Positions 7,226-13,698 of a stretch of DNA of 41,232 bases are shown here, piece by piece. Position 1 is the stretch's first letter. Each line of letters opens with the position of its first letter. The DNA is from a virus. The stretch lies in the IMG/VR virus record IMGVR_UViG_3300025875_000058, positions 1-41,232 of that record; one strand, 5' to 3'. The position numbers and the translations under genes are program-made. The notes below the pieces were generated by a model. That model did not search any database. It saw nothing but the letters and a program-made list of their open reading frames with translations, and was not told the origin of the DNA.

Positions 7226-7719
7226 GTCCAAACGATCTGGGTGGGTCTTGACCCAGGGGCGTAGATCCTGAATCCCGTGACAACCCTATTACGCACCCCC
7301 CAGGCCCACCCCCTGTGTCCTGAGGGGGCCGGGGTCAAATAGGACCCCTGCCCTGCACTACAAGCCTGGTCAGGTATGGTCACATATGGTCACTGCCCTA
7401 TGTGCAGGGCAATGCAGTGCCATGACCAGCGGGTCCCTTCGGACTCCCCGGGTCATTTTCCACCGGGAGTGAGGGTTTTCGGGGGATGCCGCGGGGCGTA
7501 ACAGCCCAGATGCCCAGGAAGGCCCCTGGCTGCCTCGCTGTGCCACGTGGCCCCCCTCCCAGCTACCTGGGTAGCACCCCCACTCCCTACGGACGCGCCT
7601 TGCCCCCCTGGCGGCGCTCCTACGGGGACGTTTGGACCTGGGTAGGGAGTACCGGGGCACCGGGTGCTGTCCAGGTGCAGTGACACTACGTGACCATACG
7701 TGTGTGGCGGTGCCATCAT

Positions 7720-7757
7720 ACTGATCTAGTGCTTTACCCCTTGTCAGACTGATCTAG
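7720..7757 (+). repeat. Direct repeat ACTGATCTAG x2 (operator-like)
   Basis: ACTGATCTAG occurs at 7720-7729 and 7748-7757. Related copies: CTAGATCA (inverted) 8066-8073, TGATCTGG 7974-7981, CGATCTGG 7233-7240. Confidence 0.7.
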
Positions 7758-7770
7758 GCATGAGCATATA
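7741..7770 (+). promoter_or_regulatory. Candidate rightward early promoter 1
   Basis: TTGTCA (7741-7746), 18 nt, CATATA (7765-7770). TATACT at 7767-7772 would give a 20-nt spacer. A TGATCTAG motif sits in the spacer. Confidence 0.4.
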
Positions 7771-7958
7771 CTCGCTCAGCAGGGCAGCACGGGATGGGCG
7801 GGTCGGTGGGTGGGAGCTGGGCGGTTCTTACCGCTTGGACGTGGCAGTAGACGCGGGGCAGGTAGTGAGGCGCTTAGTAGACCCGGCATTGTGCCCAGGT
7901 CGAAGGGTGCAGCACGACGCACCGCAAGAGAGGGCGTACGAGGGAGGCAGCAAGGTGG

Positions 7959-7987
7959 TTGCAGGTGGCTTAGTGATCTGGTAGTAT
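7959..7987 (+). promoter_or_regulatory. Candidate rightward early promoter 2
   Basis: TTGCAG (7959-7964), 17 nt, TAGTAT (7982-7987). The TGATCTGG variant motif sits in the spacer. Confidence 0.5.
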
Positions 7988-8080
7988 CAGCACCGCAGCA
8001 AAGGGCAGCACGGTACAGGGAAGCACGGAAGGGAAGCGCTGGGCACGTAGTGTAGGATGTCGAGGCTAGATCATTAAGCC

Positions 8081-8109
8081 TTGACAGCAGCAAAGCAGCA
8101 AGGTAGAAT
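8081..8109 (+). promoter_or_regulatory. Strong sigma70-like rightward early promoter 3
   Basis: TTGACA (8081-8086), exactly 17 nt, TAGAAT (8104-8109). An inverted TGATCTAG copy (CTAGATCA, 8066-8073) lies just upstream of the -35. Confidence 0.7.
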
Positions 8110-8614
8110 GGTCGAACGAAGGGCAGGGCGGATGAGCCTGCAAAGCCTTGGACGGCTGATGTGCCCGGGAGAGGTCAAGCCCGGTTATCCCAACGAGCAG
8201 AGCGCGAGTACCAAGCGGGGGCGAGATGCGCCCAAGAGCTAGCACCTAGGGACCGATACGCCCACGAGGATTGGCGTCTGCGCCCTAGCGCTCTTTGACA
8301 TAGCTGCGCGGCCCATGAACCGGCTCGCCTGCACTGAATAGCTGGACCTGCGAACCGCAGCGCGAGACTCCACCCGCCTATCTAGGCCCGGGAACTTCTT
8401 CAGAGGGAGGTGACGGCACGGTTCAAGGGAACTTCCAGCAGAGGAGCAGCCATGCACGGCAGGACCCGGTGTCGATACCGTATCCGGTGAGATTGTGCAG
8501 AGGCACCCAACCGAGGGGCACAAGCGGAGCGGATAGCAACGCCGGGCTTGTGCCTCCGATGAAGGGGCGCGACGCGAGAAGCATCGCTCCCTTCACAGGA
8601 CCAACCTCAAACCA

Positions 8615-8872
8615 GTGAGCAACAGACCCATGAGCAACGCGATGAACCTTCAGAGTGGCCTCGTCTCCGTGAACTTCGGAGACAGCAAGCGCTTCAAGAG
8701 CCGCATGTCCCTCGACCGGGGAGAGAACGTCCGCATCAGCATCATCGAAGAGAGTGCGAACGTCTTCTGCTCGTCCGATGCCATGCCCTTTGGAGACACG
8801 GAAGGGCTGTTCGACGACGTGGATTGGGAGCTGGCGCAGGTGGTGTCCTCCGTCTACGGAAGGGGGGCGTGA
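8615..8872 (+). CDS. First early protein, small and acidic at the C-terminus
   Basis: GTG at 8615 (ATG alternatives at 8630 and 8642). ...FGDTEGLFDDVDWELAQVV. The stop overlaps the next ATG (TGATG). Confidence 0.6.
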   Translation: MSNRPMSNAMNLQSGLVSVNFGDSKRFKSRMSLDRGENVRISIIEESANVFCSSDAMPFGDTEGLFDDVDWELAQVVSSVYGRGA

Positions 8873-9078
8873 TGCCTACGACCAAGACCGTGGTTGGACG
8901 CTGGGAATCCGCGAAAAAGAAGCACTGGGTCGAGCTGTACCTGGAAGACGAGCACGGCTACGGCTACGCCGGGTCCGGGTTCGGTGGGTACTTGGGCAAG
9001 GTGTCCGAAGTAGATGCGTGGAACCGTATCGGCATCGTACTGAGCACGTTCTCTGTGCGCATGAAGCGGGTGGCGTGA
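8872..9078 (+). CDS. Hypothetical small protein
   Basis: ATG at 8872 preceded by GGAAGGGGGG. MPTTKTVVGRWESAKKKHWVELYLEDEHGYGYAGSG... Start/stop-coupled to both neighbours. Confidence 0.7.
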   Translation: MPTTKTVVGRWESAKKKHWVELYLEDEHGYGYAGSGFGGYLGKVSEVDAWNRIGIVLSTFSVRMKRVA

Positions 9079-9401
9079 TGGCAACCAAGGTCTTCGCGCA
9101 TGAGCAGCCGCTCGACAGGTTCACCTCGCTGGGTGGGTATCCCCTTGTGTATCTCGTGAAGGTGGAAGCCAAACGCAACTGGCCCTCGCAGGAGGTGGTG
9201 ATGTGCGCCCGGTGTGCCTTCCAGGCCAAGTACCACGGGGTGTGCAGGGATGGACGCGTCGAAGAGGTGACGCCCTTCGTGCACTACGAGGGAGGTGCGT
9301 ACCTCTGCGAGGCGAACGACTACGACATGGTTGAGGGATGCGACGAGCTGATTGAGTCCGCCTATGGGGACCCCGAAGAGGAGGTGAGCGATGACGTGTG
9401 A
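9078..9401 (+). CDS. Hypothetical protein
   Basis: ATG at 9078 overlaps the previous stop. MATKVFAHEQPLDRFTSLGGYPLVYLV...CARCAFQAK... Confidence 0.7.
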   Translation: MATKVFAHEQPLDRFTSLGGYPLVYLVKVEAKRNWPSQEVVMCARCAFQAKYHGVCRDGRVEEVTPFVHYEGGAYLCEANDYDMVEGCDELIESAYGDPEEEVSDDV

Positions 9402-9582
9402 CCGCTGCGACGCAACCATGGAGGACTCGCTGCTGCTGGGTCTGCCTGCGCTGCCCACCTGCAAGCCATGCCGCGAGGACGAAGAGCTGTACTGGTACGA
9501 GCGACGAGTGGAGGAGGACCGCGACGAGCCGCGCCCTCCCCTGGAATACGAACCCGAACTGTATCGGCACGAGGAGTGGTGA
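9391..9582 (+). CDS. Small zinc-ribbon-like protein
   Basis: MTCDRCDATMEDSLLLGLPALPTCKPCRED has CxxC...CxxC followed by an acidic tail. Confidence 0.6.
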   Translation: MTCDRCDATMEDSLLLGLPALPTCKPCREDEELYWYERRVEEDRDEPRPPLEYEPELYRHEEW

Positions 9583-9583
9583 C

Positions 9584-9847
9584 ATGGGAAGCATGACCGT
9601 GAAGCAAGTAGTCCAGAGCTACATCGATGCACCGGCAGCACTCACCTCCCCGACCAAGGGAGGGACGGGCTTCTCTCACGACGGGCTGACCGCCTACTCC
9701 TACGGTGCGGTCATCGCTCGGAAGCTGGGCGACAAGCGAGCGGAGGTGACGAGCGCGAAGTGGAGCGCGACCACCTCCAAGCACACCTCGCTCATCGAGG
9801 TGGCACTGCTCCGCGCTGGATACACCCTCTCGAAAGCTGAGCTGTGA
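9584..9847 (+). CDS. Hypothetical protein
   Basis: ATG at 9584. MGSMTVKQVVQSYIDAPAA...SAKWSATTSKHTSLIEVALLRAGY. Confidence 0.65.
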   Translation: MGSMTVKQVVQSYIDAPAALTSPTKGGTGFSHDGLTAYSYGAVIARKLGDKRAEVTSAKWSATTSKHTSLIEVALLRAGYTLSKAEL

Positions 9848-9848
9848 C

Positions 9849-10031
9849 ATGGACCCGAACGAGACGCTGGCCCGTATCCGTGAGCTGGTGCGCCGCATGC
9901 TGGAACGTGGCGAGGGAGTGGACACTGAGCAGGACGTGATTGAGGGAGTTGAGATAGCGGAGAAGTTCCAAGCGCTCGACAAGTGGATTGATCGCGAGGG
10001 ATTACTGCCTCGCGATTGGATACCCAGGTAG
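9849..10031 (+). CDS. Hypothetical small protein
   Basis: 60-aa ORF with good G/C3 bias, starting 1 nt after the previous stop. Confidence 0.6.
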   Translation: MDPNETLARIRELVRRMLERGEGVDTEQDVIEGVEIAEKFQALDKWIDREGLLPRDWIPR

Positions 10032-10107
10032 CACGGTCTAACGGGGCACCGTGAAGAGCCCCGATCCATGTAGTACAAACGCAGCACATCGGACGGAGAT
10101 ACACACC

Positions 10108-10467
10108 ATGAAGAACAAGACCATTGAAGCCTTCGCCAATGCCTCGCCCGCCGCACCTCGCAAGCTCAGCTTCCAGCCTGAGCGTCCTCGCATCGTGAGC
10201 ATCTCCGCTCCGCCTGAGGTGGACGTGATGGCGGCAGAGATTGCCCGGCTCAAGGCTGAGCTGGCCGCAGCACAGAACAAGGGCAAGCCCTCGCCCAAGG
10301 TGTACTTCAAGGTCAGTGAGAAGGGCTGCCTCTCCGTCTACGGGATGGGTCGCTGGCCGGTCACGCTGTACCGTGGGCAGTGGGAGCTGCTCCTCTCCAA
10401 AGCTGAGGAGATCAAGGCATTCATCGCTGCGCACGGTGACAAGCTCGCGGTGAAGGTGAGCGAGTAG
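10108..10467 (+). CDS. Hypothetical protein
   Basis: ATG at 10108 with GGAGA 8 nt upstream. MKNKTIEAF...KVYFKVSEKGCLSVYGMGRWPVTLYRGQWELLL. Confidence 0.7.
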   Translation: MKNKTIEAFANASPAAPRKLSFQPERPRIVSISAPPEVDVMAAEIARLKAELAAAQNKGKPSPKVYFKVSEKGCLSVYGMGRWPVTLYRGQWELLLSKAEEIKAFIAAHGDKLAVKVSE

Positions 10468-10471
10468 GGCG

Positions 10472-10684
10472 ATGCGCGACCCGAACCTCGGGCCGGAAGC
10501 GTACAAGCGTGTCCTCGATAGGCTCTATGTCAGGGCCAAGGACAGCTGGGCACAGGCGAGCGCTGACCTCGTGCTCGCAGGTAATCAGCACCCCGACCGT
10601 TTGCGTAAGGCCATCATCGCCTACGAACGGGAGGAAGAGATGACCGCCATAGACATGGCGCGCGACGCACTCACTCGCAGATAG
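10472..10684 (+). CDS. Hypothetical small protein
   Basis: 70-aa ORF starting 4 nt after the previous stop. Confidence 0.6.
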   Translation: MRDPNLGPEAYKRVLDRLYVRAKDSWAQASADLVLAGNQHPDRLRKAIIAYEREEEMTAIDMARDALTRR

Positions 10685-10720
10685 ACAACTCACAAGCCAC
10701 ACCACAGGGACCAACCTCAC

Positions 10721-11929
10721 ATGGACAACGCGACCAACTACATCGGAACGGCAGACTTCGCAGCACGTAACGCCGAGCTGAAGCGCATGGGTGAGGAGGC
10801 CGGACTCCGCCTGCCCTCTACCATCCTCCCCGAGGGGACCGCGCTGTACGACATCGGAGCAGAGGCACAGCGCAAGCTCGCGACCGAGGTCAAGAACTTG
10901 CCCTCCCTGAGCGACGCACTCTTCAAGGTGCGGCAGCGCATCGACGCAGAGGCACCGCGTGACGTGGAGAAGGTGCTGCCTAGCCTCGTCAGGATGAACC
11001 AGGAGAACGGACGGGTGTACGGGGCAGGCAACGACCCGAAGAAGGCGCTGGGTTACACGAGGGCAGGCTTCAGCCAGCTGCTCAGCACCATCAAGCCAGT
11101 GCACATCAAGCAAGGGTTCAGCGAGAACCTCCTCGCGCTCCCGCCCAGCATCCGGGCACAGGCGTTCGAGTTCCACGCGAAGAGCAAGGCAGGTGCGAGC
11201 AGCGGCATCACCCTGCGCACCATCATCGAGCCCAACAGCGGAGCCCGGGTGGTGCGAGCGGTCACTTCCAGCAAGCACAGCCTGGAGAATGGGGATGACG
11301 GTATGGTCATCAGTGCGCTGACCGGACCGGGCTGTGCCCAGGCCATGACCAACGCCAAGGCACGCATCACCCGAGGACTCGACCGCTCTGACTTTGAAAT
11401 CATCTGGCCCATGATGGACCGGCAACTCGTCGTCGGTGACATCGCCCTGGGTGGGGTGCGCATCTCGAACAGCGAGACCAAGGCCGGGGCGTTGCGCGTC
11501 GAAGCCTTCCTCCTCCGGGTACTGTGCGCCAACTTCACCACGGCGGAGACCTTCGACCTGGAAGGGGAAGAGCTGAGCCTCCGCCACATGGGTGACCTGC
11601 GCATGAAGCTGCCACGCTTGGTGCACACCGCACTCAAGCGCATCGATCCCTTCGTCCGTGCCTTCGGAGATGCGTACCAGACTGCGCTGCCCTGTACCCG
11701 TGCGGATGTCATCGCCAAGGTGACCAAGCGGTACCAGCTGGGCGACGGGTTCGCTCAGTCCATCGCCTCCAGCTGGGACATGGACGGTGCATCCTCCGCA
11801 GGTGACACGCTCGCCGGTCTGGTGAATGCACTCACGAGGGCGAGCCAGTCACAGGCCATGAGCGAGGGCGTGGTCACTGAGAAGCTGGCCGGTCGCCTCG
11901 TGGTTGAGGGGCTGAGCTGGGCTGCCTGA
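10721..11929 (+). CDS. DUF932-like (phage/plasmid-like TIGR03299-type) protein
   Basis: 402 aa. RAVTSSKHSLENGD...GGVRISNSETKAGALRVEAFLLRVLCANFT matches my memory of the DUF932 core. Confidence 0.6.
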   Translation: MDNATNYIGTADFAARNAELKRMGEEAGLRLPSTILPEGTALYDIGAEAQRKLATEVKNLPSLSDALFKVRQRIDAEAPRDVEKVLPSLVRMNQENGRVYGAGNDPKKALGYTRAGFSQLLSTIKPVHIKQGFSENLLALPPSIRAQAFEFHAKSKAGASSGITLRTIIEPNSGARVVRAVTSSKHSLENGDDGMVISALTGPGCAQAMTNAKARITRGLDRSDFEIIWPMMDRQLVVGDIALGGVRISNSETKAGALRVEAFLLRVLCANFTTAETFDLEGEELSLRHMGDLRMKLPRLVHTALKRIDPFVRAFGDAYQTALPCTRADVIAKVTKRYQLGDGFAQSIASSWDMDGASSAGDTLAGLVNALTRASQSQAMSEGVVTEKLAGRLVVEGLSWAA

Positions 11930-12207
11930 TGTGGACACCAGCGAAGAGGGTGGCGCGCAAGCGCCGCCTCGTTCGCAAGAAGGCGCAGCTGTTCGCCCTG
12001 CTCGGGGACAGCTGTGCCATCTGCGGCAGCACGCAAGAGCTGAGCGTGGACCATATCGACGGGCGTGAGTGGGGCGTTGCCGCTCGTGAGGTATCGCAAG
12101 AGACGAGGATCAATCTCTACTTGCTGGAAGCAGCCAATGGGGTGAGGCTCCGCACCCTGTGCAAGAAGCACAACTCGGGATACAGAGCGTATCGATCTGT
12201 AGCCTAG
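11929..12207 (+). CDS. HNH endonuclease
   Basis: CAICGSTQELSVDHIDG...LRTLCKKHN carries the CxxC, DH and C..HN motifs of the HNH fold. The ATG overlaps the previous stop. Confidence 0.8.
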   Translation: MWTPAKRVARKRRLVRKKAQLFALLGDSCAICGSTQELSVDHIDGREWGVAAREVSQETRINLYLLEAANGVRLRTLCKKHNSGYRAYRSVA

Positions 12208-12259
12208 ACCTTTCCTGGTGGTTGGTCCTGCTCAACGCAAGTTGAGTCCGACATCGGGG

Positions 12260-12290
12260 GGCGCACCGCAATCGTGCGGTGCCGCCTTTT
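12260..12290 (+). terminator. Rho-independent terminator after the early gene block
   Basis: GCACCGCA (12263-12270) atcg TGCGGTGC (12275-12282), extendable by GGC/GCC with a 1-nt bulge, followed by TTTT (12287-12290). A second GGACGAG/CTCGTCC hairpin follows immediately. Confidence 0.7.
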
Positions 12291-12353
12291 GAGGGGACGA
12301 GTGGCGCTCTCGTCCTCTGAAAAGGTGGGTCTTAGTTATATGTCTATGTATTA

Positions 12354-12380
12354 GTGACCCCCTCATAGAGAGGGGGTCAC
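12354..12380 (+). promoter_or_regulatory. Perfect 10-bp palindrome/hairpin downstream of an A/T-rich promoter-like patch
   Basis: GTGACCCCCT (12354-12363) catagag AGGGGGTCAC (12371-12380). Preceded by cttagTTATATGTCTatgtattag (12331-12354) and followed by GGAGG and the ATG at 12402. Confidence 0.6.
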
Positions 12381-12401
12381 AGTATCCACGGAGGTAACAA
12401 C

Positions 12402-12710
12402 ATGAGCGACGAGTTGAAGGTGAAGCTGACGACCCTGCCCTATCAGGTGGTGCTGACCACCGAGGTACAGCTCAACGGGCTGGGTGAGGTGGTCACCATG
12501 TGGTGCAAGGACGCCGCGCTGCGTGGGCACAGAGACCTGAGCGACGAAGCCAAGGCAGAGATGGAAGAGAATGCCGCTGGCTTGATCCTCATTGCATGCA
12601 AGGCTGCCATCGAAGGTTACAAGGAGCACGTGAACGATGGACATCGAGACGCTGAACCAGTGGAAGCACCTGTTCACCCCGATGACGGACGTGAGGACGG
12701 TCCCGCCTAG
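12402..12710 (+). CDS. Hypothetical protein
   Basis: ATG at 12402 with GGAGG 7 nt upstream. The 3' end overlaps the next gene by 74 nt. Confidence 0.65.
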   Translation: MSDELKVKLTTLPYQVVLTTEVQLNGLGEVVTMWCKDAALRGHRDLSDEAKAEMEENAAGLILIACKAAIEGYKEHVNDGHRDAEPVEAPVHPDDGREDGPA

Positions 12711-13455
12711 CTGGGTGGTACCGCACATGCTGGTGCCTGGGCTGAACCTGATGGTGGGTCCGCCCAAGACCTTCAAGTCCTTCCTCATCCTGAACGTGGT
12801 CGCCTCGATGATGGACAAGCAGCCGGTCGGAGGAGACAAGCGCAAGGTCCCGCTGAAGAAGGGCCCGTGCGTGTACTTCGCGGCGGAGCAGAGTGCCTCC
12901 TCCCTCAAGCACATCTACCAGGAGCGGGTGCTGCGCCGGAAGATGTCAGGTCCCACGAGCTGGGACTTCATCGTGCCTCGTGACCCGTGGGCGTGGCAGC
13001 TCGACGATGTGCAAGGCGAGCACGACCTCGTGAAGTTCGCGGAAGAGTGGAAGCCCATGATTCTGGTGCTCGACCCGCTCGTCTACTTCCACAAGATTGA
13101 CGAGAACGATCCGCAGATGGTGCGCCCGCTCGTGCCACTGCGTAAGGCCATGCTCAAGCATGGCGGTGCGCTGGTGGTGGTGCACCACGCACGGAAGGAG
13201 TCCTCGCAGGGCACACCGTCGAAGACCAGCGGCGGGGACTGGAACAAGGTGCGCGGGACTAGTGCGCTCTGGGCCATGTCCGATGCTGGGATCATGCTGA
13301 GCAAGACCAACAACCCGAGTCACATACGAGTGGACCTTGAGTTCAAGGACCACCCCGCTGAGGAGTGGACATGGAACATCCGGACGGAGCGCGTGACATC
13401 TACAGCTGGCAAGAGTGGGGCAAAAGCTGGGGCCAGCTCAGGGACAGCGGAGTAG
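12637..13455 (+). CDS. RecA-fold RepA/AAA_25-like ATPase (candidate replicative helicase/loader)
   Basis: MVGPPKTFKSFL (P-loop-like), MILVLDPLVYF (Walker B-like) and ALVVVHHARKE, typical of AAA_25/RepA-like proteins. Confidence 0.6.
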   Translation: MDIETLNQWKHLFTPMTDVRTVPPSWVVPHMLVPGLNLMVGPPKTFKSFLILNVVASMMDKQPVGGDKRKVPLKKGPCVYFAAEQSASSLKHIYQERVLRRKMSGPTSWDFIVPRDPWAWQLDDVQGEHDLVKFAEEWKPMILVLDPLVYFHKIDENDPQMVRPLVPLRKAMLKHGGALVVVHHARKESSQGTPSKTSGGDWNKVRGTSALWAMSDAGIMLSKTNNPSHIRVDLEFKDHPAEEWTWNIRTERVTSTAGKSGAKAGASSGTAE

Positions 13456-13634
13456 TCAGGCCCGGGCTGTGCATCGTGGTTGAGTGGCCACGTCCCAACG
13501 TGGGTGGCGTGGTCGAGGCCCGGTCCATCATCGTCGGGGATGTCCTTGAGGCTGGGACGATGGGAACAGGGGACGGTCGCGCGCAGTACCTCAGCCCGTG
13601 GCTGAAGGTCATCAAGTTCCGGATGCTCAAGTGA
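13371..13634 (+). CDS. Hypothetical protein
   Basis: ATG at 13371 with GAGGAG 5 nt upstream. High G/C3. Overlaps the low-G/C3 tail of the ATPase gene by 85 nt. Confidence 0.6.
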   Translation: MEHPDGARDIYSWQEWGKSWGQLRDSGVVRPGLCIVVEWPRPNVGGVVEARSIIVGDVLEAGTMGTGDGRAQYLSPWLKVIKFRMLK

Positions 13635-13698
13635 GCGCACTCGAATGGGCTGATGCGGCGGCACTCACGCTGATGCGGCTGACGCCGGTTGGTGTCGG

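Noticed and set aside
7781-8105. GCAGCA-type repeat array as a CRISPR array
   Set aside because: The repeat units are only 6-12 nt, degenerate and irregularly spaced. There are no uniform spacers and no cas genes.
8151-8160. Possible hammerhead-like CUGAUG core in the early leader
   Set aside because: Only CTGATG is present, not CUGANGA. There is no matching GAAA and no helices in a plausible arrangement.
7370-8523. Track ORFs inside the control region (7370..7660, 7453..7719, 7486..7683, 7760..7984, 7776..8093, 7810..8055, 8239..8523)
   Set aside because: They overlap each other in several frames on both strands, translate to junk-like R/G/P/W/C-rich strings, have no SD and no coding bias. 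The DNA is better explained by promoters, repeats and hairpins.
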